From a virus (lineage: Duplodnaviria; Caudoviricetes), in IMG/VR virus record IMGVR_UViG_3300025018_000493, positions 1-25,870 of that record: a DNA stretch of 25,870 bases; one strand, written 5' to 3'. How positions within the stretch are numbered: the first letter of the stretch is position 1; each line of letters opens with the position of its first letter. Of the stretch, positions 16,001-23,009 are shown one piece after another. The notes beneath the pieces are model-generated. The model was not told the DNA's origin. It saw only the letters and a program-made list of their open reading frames with translations, and made no database searches. The position numbers were made by a program, and so were the translations under genes.

Positions 16001-17035
16001 TTGGAGGAGTTGCAGGATGCGGCCGCGACGTATTACGACAAGTTCTTCTCCGACGCCGAAAAGCAGGTGAGGTTGCAGGGGCAACTCTCCGATGCGCTGT
16101 CCGACTTAAATCTGTTCCTGCCGGCCACGCGGGACGGGTATCGCGCCATCGTAGAGGCACTTGACCTATCGACGGACGCCGGTAAGGAGGCGTACGTATC
16201 CCTGCTGAAGTGGTCCGGGGCGGCTGACGATTACTACTCCGCCGTCGAGGATGCAGCGGACGGAACGATCAAACTGACGGAGTCCCTGAAGAAGCAGTCG
16301 GCTGCAATCCAAGCGTGGCTGAACGACATCAACCTGTCCTCACTCGCGCCCGTCGTGTCCCGGGAGGCGTTTAGTGCGGAGTATGAGCGGCAGAAGACGT
16401 TGGCGACCGCTCCCGGCGCGACGGAAGGGGATCTCTCCTCCTTCTTGGGGTACGCAAAGGAATACCTTCAGTTCATGCGGACGTACGGCGGGGATTATCA
16501 GGCGGTGTTCGACGCCGTTGTGGGTGATGTTGCGCAACTCGGCGAGGTCAAGGACGCGCAGGTCGCGGCGATTCAAGCGGCGGATGCGGCGGCGCGGGAT
16601 GCAGCTGCGCGTCAGATCGAGATGCTGCGCCTGCAACTTGATCTGTTGTCCTCGCAGACTCCGTATTTGGAAGACATGCCGCGAGTAATAAGAACACTGA
16701 CGGAAGCCGATCGCATCGCGAGAGATGCTGCGGAATCCCGTTACATACCAGAGTACGCCATCGGCGGATTAACCTATGGTCCGTCGATGGCCGGGGAACG
16801 AGGGCAGGAGTGGGTCGTGCCGACCTATGAGCCGCAGCGTTCGCGGTTCCTGGAGAACGTGCCGCCGCAGTTTTGGGAGAACCTGCATGGGGGAGGGGTA
16901 TCGCAGGGCGGCGGGGGAGATATCACCGTGCGCGTGCCCGTGTACCTCGACGGGAAGGTGGTCGCGGACGTGGTGGCGAAGCACGTACAGAGAAACGCGA
17001 ATCTGGCCGATGCGATAAAGAGGGCGGTAAATTGA
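13004..17035 (+). CDS. Tail tape measure protein (1343 aa)
   Basis: VGSIFLEIDLD N-terminus, GIGRGSPLILDNLGL, long Ala-rich helical stretches, C-terminal YAIGGL..GP.MAGERGQEWVVP and VYLDGKVVA. Confidence 0.95.
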   Translation: MSVGSIFLEIDLDASRFERNQQKLIKSATTTSLSIEKNFQNLGVKSDAIYEAMRRSATNSLEMIKAKSTSTGNEIARAQQAHAEQIKRINEQQFGHQATLLETMKKNWLATTAVITAAYFAVSRAWNFAEQAAQYEQSRSAFRGMAQSMGADAEEVFGKIKRLSSGLIDDKALTQSMNTALSLGIPIEKLGDLMTIARAKSRDMGITATQAFDDIARGIGRGSPLILDNLGLMLKLGSANEAMAAAVGKTVDQLTDKEKKLAILNATIDAGKEALSRHNLELLTMKERLDALKVQITDIKLIIGDVLLRLGAGLVATFQSVASFGTAVAGLIMGPIIALVSITDHLGITKGKAEEYKIAMDAMAASAQDLAEKANRNFELMRLGMKEVSAPAPRRGTGGDDKGDGADKAAAEIARKAREKEVAKMWAEEGKLVHDALMAEAGMTQEYHDTLRKLDDEAWAEEKKMAAAIVELDRKRYAEEGAIAMDALAAEMGMTQEYLDTVRGMRDAEFEAWKEINDPAAMADFYDSIVGYEQEAHDRKVALIEAERDARIAAGIDATAAAKKASQEIGELDQKMFEKKARQVFDAAGDMAYAFDAIGSMYDKNSAEYAKMQEAAKAMIVLQQAVAVANAVATIANQGLGDPYTAFARIAAMAAAMGSLLASAGMSFGGGGASSAAALPASTVLGAEAGTGSESISKSLELLEDTYNLEYRELTGIHNSMKELNTNITALVTSIVRTGTVGTGAGISGLGFDPGKAQQWAMSGMGKAYVSSMSPMNLFGGLPFTFMDNKITDIANRWFSDAIGSIFGGGTSKSLEGTGIEFKGQTVGRIIAGEYMDAVSYALIKTVKDGGWFHSDKTSYQTIYKALDGDVSRLFHLVFQNMSTTLAELAKGLGSDVDAVLAYQFKGERINLKGMTGEEIDKTLSEYFSKVGDVAVEALFGELITQYQQLNEGLFETAARLVVDKAIVTEILTMTNQGFPGSTAAVIAFSEAIIKMAGGLEELQDAAATYYDKFFSDAEKQVRLQGQLSDALSDLNLFLPATRDGYRAIVEALDLSTDAGKEAYVSLLKWSGAADDYYSAVEDAADGTIKLTESLKKQSAAIQAWLNDINLSSLAPVVSREAFSAEYERQKTLATAPGATEGDLSSFLGYAKEYLQFMRTYGGDYQAVFDAVVGDVAQLGEVKDAQVAAIQAADAAARDAAARQIEMLRLQLDLLSSQTPYLEDMPRVIRTLTEADRIARDAAESRYIPEYAIGGLTYGPSMAGERGQEWVVPTYEPQRSRFLENVPPQFWENLHGGGVSQGGGGDITVRVPVYLDGKVVADVVAKHVQRNANLADAIKRAVN

Positions 17036-17439
17036 GCGCCGTTGAAATGTACGATTTTTTGGCCACGATCACCCCCGACTATAACGCCGCCATCGGCATC
17101 ACCCCGCAGGGGGTGGTGTCGGAGGAGTCGGCGAAGAACGGCATGGTCCACATGGGCGCGGACGGGTCCGAGGAACGGATCGCGTTCGGCACGGCATCCA
17201 TCTTCTACATCACGATCGGTTGGAACATCCTCTCTGAAGCGGACAGCGGGACTATTTTCGACTGGTACAACGATTCCGCGAAGGCGAACGGGATGCAACG
17301 GTCGTTCAAGTATGCGTTTGGAGACGGCCACACATATGTGGTTCGTTTTTCTAGCGAACTGTCGAGGTCAGGGCAGGCCATGTCGCGGCTGTCCATCCAG
17401 GGCGTGCGGCTCCGCGTATTAGGCCGGGTGGTCGATTAA
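17032..17439 (+). CDS. Probable distal tail protein (Dit-like)
   Basis: Follows TMP with a TTGA overlap (alternative start ATG 17047); WNILSEAD..TIFDWY...NGMQRSFKY...DGHTYVVRF. Confidence 0.65.
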   Translation: MSAVEMYDFLATITPDYNAAIGITPQGVVSEESAKNGMVHMGADGSEERIAFGTASIFYITIGWNILSEADSGTIFDWYNDSAKANGMQRSFKYAFGDGHTYVVRFSSELSRSGQAMSRLSIQGVRLRVLGRVVD

Positions 17440-20400
17440 TGGAAACCTTCAGCACTCGCCAACTGGCCTGCATTGCCTCGGCTAACAAGACGGTTACATG
17501 GAATTTTCGCATAACCGACAACCTCGACAACACCTATTACTGGTCCACCGGCACGCAGGCGTCCTCCGGTTCCGAGACGGTAGTCTCCGGTGCGCTCATG
17601 GCCCCCGGTTCCTACACGGGGTCGGAGTGGGAGCGGGCGCACACGTTCAAGATCGTCAACTTCGGCGGGATCACACTGCGGCGGTCGAAGTCGGAATCCG
17701 GCATCCACGCGCCGAACGATGTCTCCTTTTCCATCGTCAACAGTGGGAACGTGTTGGACGCCGTCAACTTCTCTGGCGGCACGGTCCGCATCGGCCTCGT
17801 GATCGACGACGGGTCGGGGAAGGAACTGTGCGGCTCGTGGCGGTTCCGCATCAAGTCGGCGTCGCCGTACGCGCAGCAGATAGACGTGACGTGCGAGGAT
17901 TTCTTGCAGGAGTACTTGCAGGGGTCGTATCCGAACACGCGGCTGATCTCCGACATCTTCCCGGTGGCGGACGGGGTGGCACCGGATAGCATGTGCATTC
18001 CGGAACCGTATGGGACGGCCTACATCCCCTTGCGGTCCGTGTACGCGGGAGCGGCCCGGTACTATATCCTCGGCGACCCGGCGAACACGTTCACGATCGA
18101 CGAGGTACGGTCCCCCCGGGAACTCGGTGCGAAGATTACGTGGACCTCGGCGGGGTTCACGTTCCAACAGTCCACCGTGGCGGACGGTGCCGCTGTCAAC
18201 TGGCGGATGTTCCAGGCGATGATCGCGGATGGGAATCCAGGCATCTTCATGTCGGGCGACCGCATCCTCGACGTGCCGACGAAGTTCCGGAGGTCGGACA
18301 CGCAGGGAGATTTGAAGACGAACCTCCTACTGTATTCGGAGCAGTTCGATAATGCGGCGTGGAATAAATCCAATGTTACGGTAAACGCAAACGCGACAAC
18401 AGCACCCGATGGCACGATGACCGCAGAGCGAATTACGCCGACAGGCGCGGGGTTATCGTTTGTAACTCAAGGTGTTACTGGAATTGTCGGGGTTGAATAT
18501 ACTTTCTCCGTGTATGCCAAGAAAGATATATCTGATCGGTTGATCTTCGAATGGCACTCCGCTACGTGGGCAGAAAACACACTCACAGTATTTGATTTAA
18601 CTAATGGCGTTGTCGTCAGCGGTGCGGACGGGGATGGGATTACTCCGGTAGGCAACGGGTGGTATAGATGCTATGGGAAAAGAACCGCGATAAGCACTAG
18701 CATCTCAAATGCTTTCTTCATAGACCAATATCCAACGGGGGGCGTTGGGAATAGTATTTTTTTGTGGGGCGCACAATGCGAAGTGGGAGAAAGTTCCTCT
18801 CCGTATATTCCGACGACCTCTGCGGCAGTGTCACAGTATTACATCAACCCCGCCGAGGTGATCCGGAGGGTGCTCCGCAACATGGGGCTGCTGGATTACG
18901 ATCTAGACCTCGCCTCCTTCGACGTGGCGAAAGAAACCTTCATCGCTTGGAACCTGAGATGGAACTTCGCGCTCTACTACAAGGAGGACCGGAAGGCCGT
19001 ACTGTCGCGGCTCCTCACCATGTGCCACTCGGCCCTCGTCATCGGCGAGAAGATCAGATTGCAAGTCCTGTCGAAGACATCGCAGGCGACGGTCACGAAC
19101 GCCGAAGTCCTAAAACCGCAGGGGCAGGACGTCGGACAGGATACGTTCCGGTACGTGGACGCCATCGCGGAACGAACCTCCGACAGCGGGTACGTTGCGT
19201 TCCAGCAAACGGGAGAATCGCAGGATCAGTTCTTGAAGATCCTCGTTCCCGCGAAGTCGGCGACGGACGTAAAAGACGGAGAGGTCATCACGTTCCCGGG
19301 CGTGCAGGATACGCAGCAGGTCCAGAAGCTCGGGACGCTCTACTATCAGCGGAAGTTCTTGAAGGCGGCGGACGTATCCTTCACCGGCAAGGGAACGCTT
19401 CTCGCGTTGCGGCCCGACGATGTCATCACCGTCAACTACGCCGACTACGGCGGGTCGTACAACGTCCTGATCGACGAGTTGACGATCAACCCGGACGTGT
19501 CCGTGTCCATCAGCGCGATCCGCTTCTCGGAAGTCCTCGATGATTGGGAGGACCTCGTTCCCGGCGCGATCACCATCGCCTCGGACACGCCGACGACCGC
19601 GTACTCACCCGTGATATCCGGTCCGGACAGCACGCCATCATCGGGCAACCTTCCGAATACGCTTCCCGGGCGGCTGCGAGTCGGGGCATCGACAAATTAT
19701 ATCCTCCTGGAACCTGCGTCTCCCCTGCGGGTGTCGCTGTATTCTGCCGACACAGAGCGGTTGCGGATCGGCAACCTGAACGGGTTCCTCGGCTACGTGA
19801 CGGACCTGTACGGCCTCGCCATCGGCAGCGCGGCGAAGTACCTCAAATATGATTCGACGAACGGTCTGCGACTCGGTGGTTCCGGTGTGGCGCGGATCGA
19901 ACTGGACCTGGAACTTGCCAGGATCTCCGTGAAGGATGCGACCGACGCGACGAAGACCGCGATGGGGTACCTCAACGGGCTGGCGAAGAACGACGGCACG
20001 GGGAACTGGGGTGCCGGGGATTATGGGTTCTGGGCGGCGGCGGGCGACAACCTGAAGATCGACGGGGACGCCGTCTACAAGTCCGGTGATTGGATCGTGG
20101 AGAACGACGGGTCGTATCTGATTCAGAACGCAGCGGCACAGACGATTATCCGGCTTGGAACTGTGTCCGGCGTGAAGGGGCTGTACATTTACGATGCGAC
20201 CTCTCCGACGCAACTGCTGCTGGCGAAGTTCGCCACGGACGGAATCTTTATCGGAGACGCCAGCAACTATTTCGAGTACACAACGGCTAACGCAAAGATC
20301 CAGGCGGGGTATACGGCCCCAGGAGACGATGATACGACTGCGGGGGCGGGGCTGAAGATCGACGCCGGGAAGATCGAAGCCTATGGCGGTGATCATACGT

Positions 20401-20969
20401 TCGGCGGCACAATCATGTCGTCGGATGGAAACTACATGGTGTTGATCGGGAAACAACTGACGGCCACCGGATTAACAAAGCGATATCCGCTGAACAATGC
20501 GACGAACATGACGGCAGATGGGCAAATCCATCTGTATCATTTTGAAACTACGGACTGGAAGGAATTGCTGGACTTAGGCACCTCTACGTTCGGATCAGAT
20601 GTAGGGGTTATTGGGGTCAGGATCAGAAACTCTCAAGTTGGCATTTATGCACAGGACATGACTGGGAATTGTACTTATGGCGAATACATCATATTACCAA
20701 GTAGTGTGGGAGGTACCGCTGGCTCCGCAGGCAAATTCATAAACTTACGCTCAGGTGAATCAATTGGCATTGAAGGGACAGGGAAATACGGGGGAAAATT
20801 CTCTGCAAAAACAGGCGGTGAAGGCGGCCCAATAGTGTTAGCCCCTTCGACAGATGCACCTGCTCCCTCTCACTCTGCTGAAAAAGGAACTCTCTGGGCC
20901 ACCTCTGCCTGTGTTCTTTACATCAATAAAGACGGATCGACCACATGGGAGAAGGTTGGAGCACAGTGA
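17439..20969 (+). CDS. Tail tip / hub-central fibre protein (1176 aa) with inserted carbohydrate-binding-like domain
   Basis: IPEPYG hub motif, NPAEVIRRVL, LALRPDDVITV, C-terminal beta-rich fibre region (ERLRIGNLNG; KGTLW...LYINKDGSTTWEKV). Confidence 0.8.
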   Translation: METFSTRQLACIASANKTVTWNFRITDNLDNTYYWSTGTQASSGSETVVSGALMAPGSYTGSEWERAHTFKIVNFGGITLRRSKSESGIHAPNDVSFSIVNSGNVLDAVNFSGGTVRIGLVIDDGSGKELCGSWRFRIKSASPYAQQIDVTCEDFLQEYLQGSYPNTRLISDIFPVADGVAPDSMCIPEPYGTAYIPLRSVYAGAARYYILGDPANTFTIDEVRSPRELGAKITWTSAGFTFQQSTVADGAAVNWRMFQAMIADGNPGIFMSGDRILDVPTKFRRSDTQGDLKTNLLLYSEQFDNAAWNKSNVTVNANATTAPDGTMTAERITPTGAGLSFVTQGVTGIVGVEYTFSVYAKKDISDRLIFEWHSATWAENTLTVFDLTNGVVVSGADGDGITPVGNGWYRCYGKRTAISTSISNAFFIDQYPTGGVGNSIFLWGAQCEVGESSSPYIPTTSAAVSQYYINPAEVIRRVLRNMGLLDYDLDLASFDVAKETFIAWNLRWNFALYYKEDRKAVLSRLLTMCHSALVIGEKIRLQVLSKTSQATVTNAEVLKPQGQDVGQDTFRYVDAIAERTSDSGYVAFQQTGESQDQFLKILVPAKSATDVKDGEVITFPGVQDTQQVQKLGTLYYQRKFLKAADVSFTGKGTLLALRPDDVITVNYADYGGSYNVLIDELTINPDVSVSISAIRFSEVLDDWEDLVPGAITIASDTPTTAYSPVISGPDSTPSSGNLPNTLPGRLRVGASTNYILLEPASPLRVSLYSADTERLRIGNLNGFLGYVTDLYGLAIGSAAKYLKYDSTNGLRLGGSGVARIELDLELARISVKDATDATKTAMGYLNGLAKNDGTGNWGAGDYGFWAAAGDNLKIDGDAVYKSGDWIVENDGSYLIQNAAAQTIIRLGTVSGVKGLYIYDATSPTQLLLAKFATDGIFIGDASNYFEYTTANAKIQAGYTAPGDDDTTAGAGLKIDAGKIEAYGGDHTFGGTIMSSDGNYMVLIGKQLTATGLTKRYPLNNATNMTADGQIHLYHFETTDWKELLDLGTSTFGSDVGVIGVRIRNSQVGIYAQDMTGNCTYGEYIILPSSVGGTAGSAGKFINLRSGESIGIEGTGKYGGKFSAKTGGEGGPIVLAPSTDAPAPSHSAEKGTLWATSACVLYINKDGSTTWEKVGAQ

Positions 20970-20992
20970 GAATATCTAAGGGAGAAAAGATC

Positions 20993-21157
20993 ATGAAGCA
21001 ATACGCAGTACCTGAAAAATTAGTTAATTCGATCCTGAATTATTTAGGTTCCAAACCCTACATAGAGGTCGCCCCGCTGATTGGGGCACTCGGCCAGATA
21101 CAGGAAATCCCGCCCGCTCCGCTCGCAGTCGTCCCGTCGGAAAACAAGGGGGAATAG
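20993..21157 (+). CDS. Small phage protein following tail fibre (54 aa)
   Basis: AAGGGAG RBS; VNSILNYLGSKPYIEVAPLI resembles small helical proteins often found after fibre genes. Confidence 0.65.
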   Translation: MKQYAVPEKLVNSILNYLGSKPYIEVAPLIGALGQIQEIPPAPLAVVPSENKGE

Positions 21158-21412
21158 ATGGCGATTATTACTGTCCATCACGGGTTGCGGGTGCTGACCG
21201 GTGGTGCTGCTAACGCCCTGGATGCCATCGACGGCAACTCGCTTCTCGACGGGGACGAGGCGGTAGTCATGTCGGGCGGGAACTATTACATCTTTCTGAT
21301 GGATGCTGTTTCCGGGGCGGCAGAGAACTCTCCTTACGTGATCGCGCCGGATACAAATGCCGGGACCAAACGATGGATTCTTCAGGCTCCGCCGGGGGTA
21401 ACTTATGCGTAA
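21158..21412 (+). CDS. Stand-alone 84-aa domain resembling tailspike/fibre N-terminal attachment modules
   Basis: LTGGAANALDAIDG..L.DGD ... AENSPYVIAPDTNAGTKRWIL; AAGGGGG RBS. Confidence 0.6.
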   Translation: MAIITVHHGLRVLTGGAANALDAIDGNSLLDGDEAVVMSGGNYYIFLMDAVSGAAENSPYVIAPDTNAGTKRWILQAPPGVTYA

Positions 21413-22448
21413 AGTAAAAATAATCGGTGCAATCGGACTAACGCTGTTTTTCTCTCTTTTGTTTTTACCCGCTGCGGGGGCGATCCCCTGGACGTTCGAC
21501 AATAATGTAACGGTCCAGGGCGACTTGACGGTTAATGGTTCCTTCAGTTTTCCTATCACCGACAACACCATCGTGGACGCCGATATTAACTCTGCCGCCG
21601 CGATCGATGCCTCCAAGATCGGTGGTGGGAACGTATCGACCACGGAATATGATTACCTGTCAGAAGTAACCAGCGACGTTCAGACGCAACTGGTCGGCAA
21701 GCAGGCTGGGTCTTCGCGGCTTACCAACCTGTCCTCCGGCACGATTCAGGACAACACGACCATCTACGATGATATTGTTTTACGATTCGGCACCGACAAT
21801 GATTTCACGCTCCGGTATAAATCCGCAGACGCTACGCTGATAATCGCACTCGACAACGGAGACTCGATGTGCACGTTCTCCAAGACGGGGAATCTGACGT
21901 GCACGGGAGAGGCTACATTCTTACAGTACAAGTCAGCGGGCACCGACAATGCCTACGGCATAAACGTGATGAACACAGAGGACCCAACCGGGGCGAATCT
22001 GGAGGGGGGGCTGTCCTGGTTCAACGGGACTTCCAACATTCCGAAGCAGCGGAACGCCGACAATACGGCAACGCTGGAATACCTTACCTCGGGTATCGCA
22101 AAGTTTTCCAAATGCACTACCATCGACAACGCTGTAGATGAAAGCGATTATCCACTTGAACGGTTCCAGCAAGCCGTCACGATCACAACGATTAAGGTGT
22201 ACTCGGTAGGGGATAACGTAGTTGGTGGATTGGATAAATGTACTGGGACTAACGGGGTCTGTTCTTCGGTGACGGCAGTTGATGCTGATATTACCGCCAC
22301 GGATGGTGTGGAAGCGTCTGATGACGGATCGCTTACCAACGGAGTGATAGCCGCAGGGAACAGGATTCGTTGGCATACGACGAGTCACACTGGGACGAAC
22401 ACTTTCGTTCAGGTGTGCTTCGACTATGTTATGGATTCGGTGAACTGA
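21405..22448 (+). CDS. Fibre-like protein with Sec signal peptide (347 aa)
   Basis: MRKVKIIGAIGLTLFFSLLFLPAAGA|IP; phage fibre motifs IVDADINSAAAIDASKI and VSTTEYDYLSEVTSDVQTQL; C-terminal beta-sandwich (IAAGNRIRW); 6 Cys. Confidence 0.78.
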   Translation: MRKVKIIGAIGLTLFFSLLFLPAAGAIPWTFDNNVTVQGDLTVNGSFSFPITDNTIVDADINSAAAIDASKIGGGNVSTTEYDYLSEVTSDVQTQLVGKQAGSSRLTNLSSGTIQDNTTIYDDIVLRFGTDNDFTLRYKSADATLIIALDNGDSMCTFSKTGNLTCTGEATFLQYKSAGTDNAYGINVMNTEDPTGANLEGGLSWFNGTSNIPKQRNADNTATLEYLTSGIAKFSKCTTIDNAVDESDYPLERFQQAVTITTIKVYSVGDNVVGGLDKCTGTNGVCSSVTAVDADITATDGVEASDDGSLTNGVIAAGNRIRWHTTSHTGTNTFVQVCFDYVMDSVN

Positions 22449-22450
22449 CG

Positions 22451-23002
22451 ATGAGGAAACTACTTCTCTCCATCCTGATCCTGTTACTCGCGTCCTCACT
22501 CGCCAATGCAGACGGCGTTATCAAGCGCAGAGTCGGCGGTGGCGGCGCGTCCTGCTCTACGCAGTCCTTCGATGTACAAAACACCGGGGGAGCGACAAAC
22601 ACCGAAGTCTTCTACATCGAACAGTACGCACAATCTTTCAAGCCCGGCGTCACCGGCGATCTATATTCTATATCGTTTGAGGTTGGTACGGCAGGGACGG
22701 AAAGATGGATAGAGGTAAGGGTGGGAACTTCTGCCAATCTCACTACCTATCTCGTACAAAAAGCGTCTTGTGCTGTCCCCGCAGGCATCGGCTATTTCGA
22801 GTGCATGTTTTCTACTCATCCCACCCTGACTTCTGGCACAACGTATTACGTTGGGTTCCAATCGTCGGACAGTTGGATAATGAAAGATGGATCTGCGACT
22901 TATGCTGACGGACAGGAGTTCTATGAATTAGCAACTGATTGGGACTTCACTGGCTCGGGAAACACGTGGGATCTCAACTTCAAAACGAAAATGTGTGACT
23001 GA
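22451..23002 (+). CDS. Secreted-type jelly-roll adhesin/receptor-binding protein (183 aa)
   Basis: MRKLLLSILILLLASSLANA|DG signal peptide, GVIKRRVGGGG linker, YAQSFKP...LTSGTTYYVGF...DLNFKT; 4 Cys. Confidence 0.72.
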   Translation: MRKLLLSILILLLASSLANADGVIKRRVGGGGASCSTQSFDVQNTGGATNTEVFYIEQYAQSFKPGVTGDLYSISFEVGTAGTERWIEVRVGTSANLTTYLVQKASCAVPAGIGYFECMFSTHPTLTSGTTYYVGFQSSDSWIMKDGSATYADGQEFYELATDWDFTGSGNTWDLNFKTKMCD

Positions 23003-23009
23003 GGGCGCG

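Noticed and set aside
13100-17018. Many overlapping ORFs within the tape measure gene (e.g. 14142..15095, 14539..15261, 15092..16084)
   Set aside because: Alternate-frame or antisense products with low-complexity Arg/Pro composition; explained by GC3 bias.
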